DNA from: Somniosus microcephalus
Lineage: Eukaryota
DNA: 64,000 bases
Assembly: GCA_052327205.1 (NCBI GenBank)
Contig: CM126214.1
Coordinates: forward strand, 25,668,001 to 25,732,000
Reading direction: 5' to 3'
Notes under the pieces: generated by a model
Seen by the model: the letters and a program-made list of their open reading frames with translations, nothing else
What the model was told of the DNA's origin: nothing
Databases searched by the model: none
Made by a program: the position numbers and the translations under genes
In this document: piece by piece, positions 50,127 to 63,423 of the stretch
How the letters are laid out: each line of letters opens with the position of its first letter
Position numbering within the stretch: the stretch's first letter is position 1

Positions 50127-50200
50127 TTATCCAAATCAATGTCCAGTGCTCTGTATGGATCATTAGGATCTTTATCATCATCATCACTAGGCAAGGCATT
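50127..50200 (-). CDS. AP3D1: AP3D1 exon
   Basis: NALPSDDDDKDPNDPYRALDIDLD(K)|gtaagt. Confidence 0.95.
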
Positions 50201-51274
50201 CTAAACAAAACCCAAAAACATTGAATACCATACTGTGGTGTTTAAAGTTCAGTGTGAACTTGTAGCATTAAGTGTTACCTTCTGCTAGAGATGTAGAAAG
50301 CATTGTATAGATGGATTATCGATAGGGATTAAAAAAAGTACAACACATAACCCTTCACTGCAATTATGTCGTCACTGGATTTTTCCCCACTATTCATTTC
50401 ATCTCAATGTGAAGTACCAGTGTACTACTTGGGGTCCAGCCAAATACCATGTTATAGCAATAACATGAATTAATTTACATAAGAACATAAGTAGGAGCAG
50501 GAGTAGGCCATACGGCCCTTCGAGCCTGCTCTGCCATTCAGTAAGATCATGGCTGATCTTCGACCTCAATTCCACTTTCCTGCACTATCCCCATAGCCCT
50601 TGAAATGTTATGTTCATTAATTTGGCATCCACTGTGGAAAAAATCCATTACAATGAAAGCTAGAAAGGGATCTGCAATAAATTAATTTAATAAACTCAAC
50701 CTAACTGATTTATAAACAATCTAATTTATGGGAATATACTTTTGAGTACATTAATAGCATGAGAGAGGAAGTGATGGATAATAATTTTTGACTTTAACAA
50801 AGCATTTGAACGGTTCACTATGTGCCTACTGTATTTATCCAGTACCTCTACAGCCTTCCGGTCTATATAATTCACACCATTTTATACATGCTGACTTAGA
50901 AACTAAAATACTTAAAGAACCAAAAATGCTAAATTTTTGGTATCTGGAAAAATACTTTGGAAATTTTAAAAAGCTTTCTTAACATTACCAAAATTCAGAG
51001 AGAGCAAGCGCAACAGCAAAATACAAGAGAATGAGAGAAAAAGTGAGAACACGAATGATAAAACTTGAGGAAAAAAAAAGGTGAGAACGCATGCACATGA
51101 CAGAAAAAGTAAGAGTAACCAGAGAGCGCATGACAGAGCACACTTGTGACAGTGCTTAACTGTGTACAAGAGAGCATGAAAAAGTAAGAGACAAGGCAAG
51201 AAGGCAAAAAAAAAGTGACAAGAGACCGACATCAAGAGAGCGAGATCAAAAGTATGCGAGAGAGAGAGAAAAGG

Positions 51275-51650
51275 AAAAGAAAAAGGATCTGCCTTTATAT
51301 AGGGCTATATCATTTCCTGAGAAGTCAGTCAAAGTACTTCATACAAAAGCGTTTTGATGTGCAGTAACTCAAGTAGGCAGATGGGACAGCCAATCGGCAC
51401 ACATCAAAATCCCCCAAACAGAAACACGATAAATGACCAGTTAATCTATTTCTTTGATGATACTGGATCAAGGACGATGGTTGGCTGGAACACCTGAACT
51501 CTTGGCTCTGTGGAACGGAATCTTAAATATCGGCTTGCACAGAGACTACCTTGGTTTAACATCTCATCCAAAGATGGAACAGTGCAGTACTCCCTCAAGA
51601 CTGCATTAAAATGACCCCCAAGATATGCAATATTGCAATCAAGGGTGAAC
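51275..51650 (-). mobile_element. Degenerate Deu-domain SINE with an expanded low-complexity tail (about 50990-51280)
   Basis: GGTTTAACATCTCATCCAAAGATGG…CAGTGCAGTACTCCCTCA, shared with 6228-6655. Confidence 0.6.
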
Positions 51651-51963
51651 ATGGGTTGCCAGTAATAGCCCTCTGTGCCCTGCCAATTTACTTAAACCAT
51701 GTCAGTAATATCGTTGGACACATCCAGAGGAGCGATTTGTCAATTTTGTGAACTTTTTGCTTGATTACTCAGATGACTGACATTCAAATTGCTTTTAGTG
51801 CGAGTTTTAAGAGCCTACTCAGTGTCCATACTTCATCATCTTGCTGGACAGAATAAATTCTTCTATCGCCTGTCAAATGGATCAACTGCCAGGATTGTCA
51901 ACCACTTAAATTCATCTGCTTTTAGCAGCACAGGGTGATAAAGGAGAACTTTTAACTACTAAC

Positions 51964-52151
51964 CTCAGGCATTTCTTCTGTGATAATGTCAACGTGATGA
52001 ACGGGAGCAATGTCTTCATCACTTTCCGTATGAAGTGAATCATGACGACGTTTGCCTTTCTTCTGTTTTTTCTTCTTTTTCTCTCGATCCTGCTTCTGCT
52101 GTTGCCTACGTTCTTCTTCCAGTTTTAGATACTGATCTGACAAAGGCATTC
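51964..52151 (-). CDS. AP3D1: AP3D1 exon
   Basis: GMPLSDQYLKLEEERR…TESDEDIAPVHHVDIITEEMPE. Confidence 0.95.
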
Positions 52152-52934
52152 CTGTGCACATCAATACAACATAGATCACTGCATCTAAACAGCCTACAAA
52201 TACTACAATTGCTTACAGAGAAACTCAGTAAAAAGGGCAACTGCATAAATCCTTGTGCACCATCGCACATGCAATTTTTTTAATGCTCTCACTCATTTAC
52301 AGTTCATCGAGGTGTGACCTAGACGCTAGATTTTATGCAACAAAAAAAAAAAAAATCCACTGCGATCAAGACTGAAGAAAATTGGAATTTGGAGAAATTA
52401 GCCCACAATTACTCAAATCAGAAAACTGCCAGCTCTGATGTAACCATCTCCAAGCTTTTGGCAACAGCTACCCATTTTCTCTGAAACTTTCTGATCAAAT
52501 AGTATACAGATGATTGGGTGAGTTAATTAATACATAATATTCTGGCCAAAAACTGCTGCAGATTTATCACCGCCGGTCTCTGCTGTCCCCCAAAGAATCT
52601 TTGTGATTTGCACACATTTCTTTTACTTGGTGACAGCAAGTTCCAACACTGTTGCTACTCATAGCATGGCAGGCAGAATGGTACTTATACATACATAGGA
52701 TATACAGCACAGAAATAGCAGAGTAAAAACAGCAGTGCTCTTCCCAGGCAAATACATTTAGCCAACACATCACACTTGCAATGATCAGCTATTGTGGGAG
52801 CTTGGACTTGAGGGAAAGCAGCTTCACTAGGACTCTCGGGCTACAAAAAACATCGCCAATGAGTAGAATGGAGAGCAACTACTTTTACATGCAATAAATA
52901 GAAGCTAGAGAACTGTAATAGTTGCATCAATTAC

Positions 52935-53010
52935 CTGGTACTCTCAATGGTACTGTAAGATCTATCTGCACCACAGGTATATGTTCCACACCACTGGCAT
53001 CCTGGTAATT
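52935..53010 (-). CDS. AP3D1: AP3D1 exon
   Basis: NYQDASGVEHIPVVQIDLTVPLRVP(G). Confidence 0.95.
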
Positions 53011-54014
53011 CTGAAATCAAACAAAATAGCAGCTGCTCATCAAATTAATCAATCGGTATCGTTCTCATATTCATGGTTTACACTGAGTTTCTGCCTTTTA
53101 AAATATTGGTATAAATGGAAAAGCTTCACATGCCTATCAAATGCAATACATTTCTCACTTTAGCCTGTGTGTGGTTATAACTCTGGAACTGCTCCAAGAA
53201 CAGGTATTCTAATTAAAGCACACTTGACATCTTTATCTGTTGTGATTTTGAATTTATTTCCAATAGCTAAAACATGCATCTTCACTTTATAAAGTTATTG
53301 TTGAAAACATTTCTTTCAAACATTATTCTACAGGACTAACGCAAATGTTTACATTTACTATTTTGGCTGTTGCCCTTTCCAATTTTCACCCCTTTCCTCC
53401 TACAGGCATTGACTCTTGTTGAGGAATGGCCCCACAGGCACTAGCAACCCTACAGCCCCTTGCCCAAATTCCTATTCTTCATGTACAAGGCCAGGTAGTA
53501 ACTGCCAGCAGCTGTGGATGTCAGCCGTTATGGGAGACAAGTCCAATCCTGTTCATAGCCAACACCCATATTTGTGCATTTTCTATCCAGTCATTGAATA
53601 GCAATTGGGGTGGAAATCCTTGCTGATTTATACCCTTTTCAGCTTAAGGACACCAATGGCAAATATGGCACCCCAAATGCTGCTTTATAGATGAGCCAAC
53701 ACAATGCAGACAAGGAATCTATCTTTGAGCCTTCCAAGCTACATGGCTTAGGCTTACACTTCTGTGTCTTATTCCAGCAAGCCACTGGGGAAGCCACTCA
53801 TTTTATCTACTTGCTCCCTTGTCACACTTTTTTCTGGTCAGGTAACTCAGACACTTGGGCAAGCCACATACAGCGTGTCCAGTCTAAATTTAAAAGTGGC
53901 ATTCCCTTCTCCACATACCTGCCCAACGAAGAGATGAAGATACATCGTAGTCACAATACTGAAAGGAGAAAATGCAACAAGAAACAGGCATAAAATTACA
54001 TGTGGTCAACTCAC

Positions 54015-54086
54015 CTTCTGAGGAGAAGGAGAACTTTTGATGTAAAATGGATTGTTTGCCTGTTCTTGTTTTCTTACTTCTCGCCG
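54015..54086 (-). CDS. AP3D1: AP3D1 exon
   Basis: RREVRKQEQANNPFYIKSSPSPQK. Confidence 0.95.
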
Positions 54087-55269
54087 CTAGGATGGAAACA
54101 AATTATATAAAATCACAAATTACATTTCATTTGAAACTTCACATCAGCTTAAAGGTTAGAAGACCTACGATTCCCCAGGCAACAAGTGGTTGATCACAGC
54201 AAAGTAGTCTGGAGGAAAAAAAAACTGCCTGCTTTCCCAGAAGGTCATTATAAAATAAATACATATTTATGTAACAAGGCATATATACACAAGAAAAGGA
54301 AACGCAGAAGAGGCAAAGTGTTTTGAGTATTAAGAACTTAATCTAATACATGTGCATAAGAATATCACCCAAAAGTATATAGTGAAGCACTTCAAGACAC
54401 TAAACAAAAAAAGGGGAGGGGAACAAACACCAAGCAGTGTTAGAACAGTTAAGAATGATAAGGAGGACTTGTTTGAAGAGTGAGTTTTTAAAGAAACTTT
54501 TTATGGTGGGAGAAAAGATGCAGCCAGGCAGAGGGGTTTAGGAAGACAATTCCAGATGGTATGCTGTGATGGATAAAGATATGCAACCAACTGTGTAGCA
54601 AAGTAGGGGGTGATGCACAATAGGCTAGACTTGGAAGATGATGTGAACTTGGACGTAGGGTTGGGCAATGCGATGGTGGGAATTTTAAATGGGGATGAGG
54701 ATTTTGAAGTCAATGCAGAGGGATGGAGAACCAGATAAAGGTTAGTGAGGACTGGGATGATAGGTGAGCTGGACTCAGCATGGAAGAAAATTGTGTGCAA
54801 TATAGTTTGGGATCAGTTGGAATTTAAGTGGAGTGGAGCTCAGGAGGCTGGCAAGAAAAGCTTTGGAGAAGTCAAGCTTGGAGCAGAAACACTCAGATGA
54901 GAGTTTCAGCAGTAACATAGATCACAAAAGGGACAAAGACAGACAATGTAAGGTGCATTAAAAAAAAAAATTCAACCTAAAAATATAAATAAAATCACAA
55001 GTAAATAACTTGATAAGGTACAAAAGTAAACAGATGTACTCCAGTGACACTAAAATCTTATCCCCACTTCTGGCAGTTTACTTTATCGCACTGGTAGCAC
55101 TATTTTCAGACTGATCACAGGTTTTTGAAAAAAATATATAATTCTGCATATGCTAGCACTGGATCTAAAACAGCAATTTAAGAAAAAAATACACATCTGG
55201 GGTTAAGGGCCTAACATTGAGGCAGGTCATCAATTACCTTTTCTGTCAAAGTGGGTTTCCAAAAGACAA

Positions 55270-57800
55270 TTCACACTTATTATGTAGTACCTTCACCATA
55301 ATAAAATCTCTCAAAGCAATTTACAGAGGTGAAAACAATCAGAATCAAGAATTGGTGGGAGAGGATTGGGGTGGTGACCAAAAGCAAGATCGAATAAGTA
55401 GGTTTTGACAGAGGGGAGAGCACAAGCGAGGTGGTGGGGTATGGTGCTTAGTGCTTTGCACCCGAAAGTGTAATGGAGTGATTAAAAAAGGCGACTACAG
55501 GAGAGGTCAGTGTTGGAACAGCAGAAGATTTGGAGACAAACATAGGGCTGAATGAGGTTGCAGAGATCGGAAGAGGGAAGGCTTTGGAGGGATTTGTAGG
55601 CGAGAAGGATTTAGAAACATAGAAGATAGGAGTAGGCCATTCGGCCCTTCGAGCCTGCTCCGCCATTCAATGCGATCATGGCTGATCATCCAAATTCAGT
55701 ACCAAATTTAGAAATTGGTTCCCTATCTGCCTATGGCAATGAAGTTTGAAGAGCGGAAGGAAATGTGACTTAGTGCAGGACTTTTGTACAAGTTGTAATT
55801 TGAGAAAGGGCAAAACTCAGGAGACTGACGGGGAGAGCATTAGAATAATCCAGACTGGAGGTAATGCATGCGGAGGCTGGGGCAGAGGTGGAAATAGGCA
55901 ATCTTGGTGGTGGCAAGGATTTGGGGATTGGAACTCAGTTCAAGGTCAAACAAGACACCAAGATTAAACACCATGGGGATTGGTCTGAAGGAATGCCCAG
56001 AGAAAATTAACAAATCAGGTGGCAAGGTGTGTTGTTTTAAGTAAGAGCTGAACAAGATGGCTTTGGGCTTGTCAGTGCAAAGTTGAAAGAAATCCTTGCT
56101 TATTTTGGACTTAAACATAGAAGATAGCAGCAGCAGTAAGCCATTCGGCCCCTCGAGCCCACTCCGCCATTTAATGAGATCATGGCTGATCATCCAAATT
56201 CAGTACCCTGCCCCTGCTTTCTCCCCATATCCCTTTAGCCTCAAGAAACATATCCAACTCCTTCTTGAATATATTTAATGAATTGGCCTCAACTGCCCTG
56301 TGGCACAGAATTCCACAGGTTCACCACTCTCTGGGTAAAGAAATTCCTCCTCATCTCAATCCTAAACGGCTTACCCCTTATCCTTAGACTGCGACCCCTG
56401 GCTCTGGACTCCCCCGCCATCGGGAACATCCTTCCTGCATCTGGTCTGTCTAGTCCTGTTAGAATTTTATAAGTTTCAATGAGATCCCCCCTCATTCTTC
56501 TAAACTCTAGCGAATATAAGCCTAATCGACCCACTCTCTCCTCATACGTCATTCCTGCCATCCCATGTATCAGTCTGGTGAATCTTCGCTGCACTCTCTC
56601 CATGGCAAGAACATCCTTCCTCAGATAAGGCGGCCAAAACTGCACACAATACTCAAGGTGTGGTCTCACCAAGGCCCTGTACAACTGCAGCAAGACATCC
56701 TTGCTCCTGTACTCTAATCCTCTCGCTAAGGCCAACATGCCATTTGCCTTCTTAACCGCCTGCTGCACCTGCATGCTTACCTTCAGCGACTGGTGCACAA
56801 GGACACCCAGGTCTCGTTGCACTTCCCCTTTTCCCAATCTATTGCCGTTCAGATAATAATCTGTCTTCCTGTTTTTGCCACCGAAGTGGATAACCTCGCA
56901 TTTATCCACACTATACTGCATTTGCTATGTATCTGCCCAAATCGTACTGGAGTTTCTCTGCATCCTCCTCACAGCACACACGCCCACTCAGCTTTGTGTC
57001 ATCTGTAAACTTGGAGATATTACATCTAGTTCCCTTGTCTAGATCATTTATATATAGTGAATTGCTGGGGTCCTAGCACCGATCCCTGCGGTACCCCACT
57101 AGTCACTGCCTGCCACTCGGAAAAACACCTGTTTATTCCAACTCTTGGCTTCCTGTCTGTCAACCAGTTCTCTATCCAAGACAGTACCTTACCCCCCAGT
57201 TCCATGTGCTTTAACTTTGCTAATCTCTTATGCGGTACCTTATCGAAAGTCTTCTGAAAGTCCAAATACACCACATCCACTGGTTCTCCCTTATCTATTC
57301 TACCAGTTACATCCTCAAAAAATTCCAGTAGATTAGTCAATAGACTTGATATGGCTAGGCAGTTCCACATACATTGGTGGTTGAGGAGTCCACAGCAGTA
57401 GCAGAGAAGTAAAGCCAAGTGTTGTCAGCACACACATGACAGTTGCCCCATGCCTCCAAATGATATTTCCATGGGTAAGATATAGATAAGAAAAGGAGTG
57501 AAGTGCCATAGAAGTAGACCATAAAGTAGAGATGGTGGGGAGGATTGAATGATCGATTTGAAAGATCGGAGATTTACCACTGATGCTTAGTGACACAAAG
57601 AATGTCATTGGTGTCCTTGACCAGGGCAGTCTCACTGTTGTGGGTAGGGCGGACTTCAGATTGATGGGAATAAAGTTTACTGAACGGGCTGGCAACGATG
57701 CATTCCAAGATTTGCGAAGGAGGAGAGATTGGGATAAGGTATAGCTGGACAGGGCAGAGGGATAAGGGTTGATGTTTTCTTTTTAGAAGAATGTGAAGAC
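55270..57800 (-). mobile_element. L2 LINE remnant interrupted by CR1 insertions (55610-55705 and 56114-57341)
   Basis: QSxxRPxHxSETALVKxTNDIL at about 57600. The short CR1 tail is flanked by TSD ATTTAGAAA (55609-55617 / 55706-55714). Confidence 0.7.
56114..57341 (-). mobile_element. Young CR1 LINE (same subfamily as 25190-26772)
   Basis: LTNLLEFFEDVT…SGVPQGSVLGP…LVRPHLEYCVQFW. Confidence 0.95.
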
Positions 57801-57809
57801 AGAAGTTAG

Positions 57810-60298
57810 ACAAGAGCATAAGAAAAGGAGCAGGAAATTCGGCCCTTCGAGCCTGCTCGCCATTTAATAATTTCATGGCTGATCTTTTACCTCAACTCCA
57901 CCTTCCTACACTACCCCCAATCTCCCTCGATTCCTCTAGTATCCAAAACTCGGTCTTGAATATCCTCAATGGCTGAGCATCCACAGCCCTCTGAGGTAGA
58001 GAATTCCAAAGATTAAAAACCCTTTAAGAAATTTCTCCTCATTTCAGTCCTAAATGGCCGACCCCTTATGCTGAGACTGTGACCCCTAGTTCTAAACTCC
58101 CCAGCGAGAGGAAACATCCTCCCAGCATCAACCCTGTCAAGCCCCTTAAGAATTTTATATGTTTCAATGAGATCACCTCTCATTCTTCTAAACTCTAGGG
58201 AACATAGACTTAGTCTACTCACTCATCATAGGACAATCCCCTCACCCAGGAATTGGTCTGGTGAACCCTCTAAGGCAGGTTTCTCCTTCCTTAGGCAAGA
58301 TCATCAAAACTGTACACAGTACTCCAGGTGTGGTCTCGCCAAGGCCCTATATAAATATAGTAAGACTTCTTGACTCTTATACTCCGATCCCTTTGTAATA
58401 AAGGCCAACAAACCATTTGCTTTCCTAATTGCTTGCTGTACCTGTATGTTAACAATGTGACTCGTGTACAAGGACACCCAGGTCCCGCTGAATACCAACA
58501 TTTCCCAGTCTCACCATTTAAAAAATATTCTACTTTTCTACCAAAGTGGTTAACTTCTCACTTCACATTATATTCCATCTGCCATGTTCTTACCCAATCA
58601 CTTAATGTCTATATCCCTTTGCAGCCTCCTCACAGCTTACTTTCCCACCTAATTTTGTATAGTCAGCAAACTTGGATGTATTACACTCGCATCCCCTCAA
58701 AGTCATTGATATAGATTATAAAATAGCTGAGGCCCAAGCACTGATCCATGCGGTATCCCACTAGTTACAGCCTGCCAATCCAATAATGACCCATTTATTC
58801 CCACCCTCTGTTTTCTGTCCATTAACCAATCCTCAATCCATGCTGATATATTACCCCCAATCCCATGAGCCCTAATTTGGTGCAGTAACTTGTGTGGCAT
58901 CTTATCGAATATTTCTGGAAAAACAAATACATCCCCTAGTTCCCCCTTATCTACCCTGCTAGTTACAACCTCAAAAAACTCTTAGATTTGTCAAACACAA
59001 TTTCACTCAAATCCATGTTGACCCTGCCCAATCATATGATTTCCTAAGTGCCCTGTTACCACATCCCTAATAATAGATTCTAGCATTTTCTCTATTAATG
59101 ATGTCAGGCTAACTGGTCTATAGTTCCCCGTTTTCTCTCTCCCTCCTTTCTTGAATAGCTGGGTTACGTTTGCAACCTTCCAATACACGGGGACCGTTCT
59201 AGAATCTAAGGCATTCTGGAAGATCAAAACCAATGCATCCACTATGTCTGTAGCTACCTCTTAAAACCCTAGGATGTAGGCCATCAGGTTCAGGGGATTT
59301 GTCGACTTAGTCCAGTACTATTTCTTCACTAATACTAATCTTCCTCATTCTCGCTGGACCCTTGGTTACCCATTATTTCCAGAATGTTGTGTGCCTTCTA
59401 ATGAAGACAGATACAAAGTATTTGTTTAATGTCTCTGCCATTTCCTTATTCCCCATTGTAATTTCTCCTGTCTCTGCCTCTAAAGGACGATGTTTACTTT
59501 CGCTAATCTTTTTCCACTTTACACATCTATAGAAGCTTTTACAATCTGTTTTTATGTCTTTTGCTAGTTTACTCTCATTCTCTTTTCTTTTTCTTTAAGA
59601 AATGTATTGGTCATGCTTTGCTGAATTCTATAATCCTCAGGCTTATAATATTTCCATAAAGAGTAGTAAGCCTCTTCCTTTAATCTAATACTATCTTTAT
59701 AACTTCTCATTAGCCAAGGTTGGACTACTAATCCCATGGGGTTTTTATTCTTATGGGGAATGTATATTTGTTGCGAATTATGAATTAACTTTAAATGTTT
59801 ACCATTGCTTATCTACAGTCATATGTTTTAATCTAGTTTCCCAATCTACCATAGCCAACTCAGCCCTCATAGCTACATAGTTTGCTTTGTTCAGATGCTA
59901 GACCCTAGTTTCAGACTTAACTAAGTCACACTCAAACTCAACCTCAACATTAAATTCTTTCATATTATGATCACTCTTCCCCAGAGGCTCCTTTGCTCCA
60001 AGGTTATTAACCCTGTCTCATTGCACAATACTAGATCTAAAATAGTCTGTTCCCTAATTGGTTCGTCATGCTGATCTAGAAAACTATCTTGAATACATTC
60101 CATGAACTCATCTTCCACACTATTACTGCAAATTTGGTTTTACCAGTCTATATGAAGATTCAAGTCCCCTATAATTACTGTATTACCCTTGTTACATGCA
60201 CCTCTAATTTCCTGATTTATACTCTGCCCAACACTACAACTACTGTTAGGGAGCCTATAAACAACTCCGAGTGTTTTCTGCCCCTTGCGGTTTCTTAC
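57810..60298 (-). mobile_element. CR1 LINE from the endonuclease domain to the 3' tail, abutting an AP3D1 exon
   Basis: RNRKGQKTLGVVYRLPN…VIIGDLNLHIDW (APE domain), WKVANVT.LFKKG…NYRPVSLTS (RT), and the 3' tail at about 57815. Confidence 0.9.
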
Positions 60299-60443
60299 CC
60301 TAGCAAGCTCATCTTCATCCATTTCCGGTTGTCTATGTCTGACAGTTCTTTGTTCCTCCTCATGGAATATTGTTTTCTTAGTGCTTTCATCATCTGAAGA
60401 GCTTTCTGAAGGTGCATCATTGATCCAGGCATCAAGATCCAAC
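60299..60443 (-). CDS. AP3D1: AP3D1 exon
   Basis: (G)LDLDAWINDAPSESSSDDE…EMDEDELAR|gtaaga. Confidence 0.95.
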
Positions 60444-60699
60444 CTGGAGAGAGAGAGGCCAAATAAAACACATTTTCAAGTACATATATAAACTCCATGT
60501 GGACACAATTGGCATCTTAAGAGGCTCCTCCAACCTGGAAGACCACTGCATACGCATGTATATACTACCACAATGACATGGCAAGTTTTGAAGGAGCTAG
60601 AGCATCTACTATCTTCCATGGCATTCTGTAGTTTCTCTCTAGGATTTGGGACTCCATAATTTTCCTCGAGTACAAATATCTCCTTCGGACCTTTTTTTG

Positions 60700-61345
60700 T
60701 CAAAAATTGATCAAGGTGCTAATATTGTCTCCACTAAGAGGAAGGAGGCTTTGGCTTCCTAGAAGCAACTGGAGGAGCAGATTTCGCAATTTGAATCTGC
60801 TCACAAGGCTCATCAGATTTAAGATCCTGCATGCCCTGTCGGAGGTACAATAGGAAACAGACTCAATTTTGATTTCTCATGTAGGAAGTACCTGAGTGTC
60901 TTATTCAAATTCATAGCAATTCTATACTGGGAGAATGGAAGTAAACAAAGATATCTTCTGGCTACACCTTCAGGGAACAAAAAAAGTGGCAATACTCCTG
61001 TGGTGAATTCAGGGAATGGTTGATTTAGTCATCCTAAGATTAACAATGAATCTAACCAGTTTTATTCTAAATTCTCCAAGTCAGAATCCAGGGATGCTCA
61101 CGAGGTCAATTTGCAGTAACCAGCATCATCTTTGGCTGGTGATTTTGGAGTATGAGGAGGAGGAGGATTTGGCTGCACCTGTGCCATCAGAGGAGTTTCT
61201 CCAAGCCATAGACTCTTTTCAGATTAACTGGGGCCCTGGACCTGATGGCTTCCTAATTGAAGTTTACAAAAAAAAAAAAAAAAAAAAAAAACTGGCCCCA
61301 GAATTAGTTCTTCTCTTACAAGTTTTTCCAAAACTACTCTCCAAA
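60700..61345 (+). mobile_element. Degenerate L1-clade LINE ORF2 fragment
   Basis: LAAPVPSEEFLQAIDSF…GPGPDGFLIEVYKK…LAPEL, matching the L1 pre-RT PGPDG motif. Confidence 0.65.
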
Positions 61346-63165
61346 CTCAATTCCTGATACTCCCAGAGATACATGGATCTCAATTTAAGGGCAAGAATGC
61401 CGCTGAATGTGCTTTCCACAAATTCATCTGTCTTGTATCTCAAAGGCACTAACCAAATTCTAGTGAACCTTCTGCACATTGACCATTTCCAATCAGCATC
61501 CTTACTGTGACTCTGGAACTGATCACACTATATTCTCTTTCCCAATACAAATTCATTGATTAGTATTAAAAAGCACCTCTGCTGGCAAACTGTTCCACAA
61601 TCTTATCACCCTTTCACTAAAACAAAAATGTAGCCTAAATTTCCTATTTTCTTTTGATATCTAACCATCTATCTTAGAATCCTGTGCCAAAAGAAAAATT
61701 TACCGAGATCCATAACCCACATAAAGCTTGAAGACCTCAATAAAACTTTCCTCATCCTACTTTTCCCGGAGTCTCAGAAGTTTGCACTTATTTCTCTCTG
61801 CCTACTAACCTAGCCTATCTAGATGTGTGAATTATCACACATTGGTTAGCATCTGTCACATTAGGGATTTTCATTTATTTGGCCAAGAAAGGCTTTTTGA
61901 TTTAAGTTATATATTTTGAATATGAACGTCAGATTTAGAATTCTAGGGGTTAACTCCCAAAGGGTCATCATCCTTTTCTTTCTGTTGACTGAGGAAAGCA
62001 GGCCAGAGCAACAGGAAATAGTTATGTCCTAGAAGTTAATGGGCCAGCCATAGAAAGTGCTTGTCAACAGTCTGAACAATTGGTGGATCATTATCACATT
62101 CTGACACCCAGTGGCCATTCACACATGAATGTGTTGGGAGAGAATTAATGCACAGAGCACCAAGTTCACTGCTCTGGGAAGAAGGGGCAGATAAACTGGT
62201 TTAATTGTCAGCCCTGTTTGGCCAATCCCCAGACAGGAGTGTGTTGAGGTCAAAAATCAAACCAGGGACCTTGGAGAGAAAACTGAAGTTAGAATTGTTG
62301 GAAAGACAGAGGGGTCAAGGCTGGTCTTGAGGGAGGTGACGATGGCAGTTTTTAAATGGAGAAGAAAATATGTTTATGCAAAAGTAACCATCTACATCAT
62401 TGAGCACTGGGGAAAGATAGTTAAGTGCTGCCAGTTCACACGACTGCAAGAAAAAATGAAGGGGTCTAAATGTAGTGGCCATTGTGTACAGAAGACTTAC
62501 CCCACTCTACCTACGACTAAAGTTTCTCCCCTCGTTTCCTGAAGGTGCCGGGGTACAGTTCTGCAGACACTGGCTGTCTCCAGTACTTTGACCAAAGTGA
62601 TAATTTTTCATGTGTGAACCTAGATGGGGAGGGGGAGTGTCAGCTGCTATTCAATTATGGGGGCATCAAAGCCAAGATCAGTCTGATGTCACTTGATGCC
62701 CATATGTGCACTCTCTCCAATAGGGCTCACTAAACTGTTGTCAGAAGCAGGAATTTTGGCTGATCTCCCAGAGGTCAGTTAACTCAGTGAAGACTCAGAA
62801 TTGAACTTAGGAATTTGCTAATCTGTTTGGTTTAGTATTTAACTGGCCTTTGTCCATTTGGTCTGGAGAGGAGCTACAACATTTAACAATGCAAGGCTGT
62901 AACTCAATGTTAACAATGCACAGTACTTGTAAACTTGATCAGTAGGGCACCAAGGCAATAGGATGAACCAGGAAGTGGTAAAAGTTCATTCTTTTCTTAC
63001 TTAACAAGTAATGCAGCAAAATTTGTTTTCCAATTATAATTCAGTTTGGTTTGGACAGCCATTTACTTAAATCACAGAAAATATCACAACTATAAAAAGG
63101 TCAGTTCTTTAAATTGGTACAGGTACTGTTAAATGCTCTTGAAATGCTGAAAATAGAGGTCTCAC

Positions 63166-63311
63166 CCATCTGGCAATGGAACTTTCTTCTGTGCTTTAGG
63201 AGCGACAGGGTTAAGTTCTCCAGCAAACAAAGCCATCACTTCTTCTGCTACAGGGACATCCTTAGCTTGAAGCTTTTGTATATATTTTATCAGCTGAAGA
63301 ATACAGGAAGC
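63166..63311 (-). CDS. AP3D1: AP3D1 exon (end of trunk; the gene continues beyond the window)
   Basis: ASCILQLIKYIQKLQAKDVPVAEEVMALFAGELNPVAPKAQKKVPLPD(G). Confidence 0.96.
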
Positions 63312-63392
63312 CTGGAAAATAAAAGTCAATGGTGACATTTATTGAAGGATATTTGTAGAACATTCACACCGTAAGATTCATATTCATATTAT

Positions 63393-63396
<4 letters not shown>

Positions 63397-63423
<27 letters not shown>
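63397..63423. repeat. (TA)n microsatellite
   Basis: Read directly from the sequence. Confidence 0.95.

Noticed and set aside
50966-51280. Pyrimidine/TGC-rich tract as a microexon signal or membrane-protein ORF
   Set aside because: It is contiguous with a SINE tail, and no downstream exon with a donor was found.
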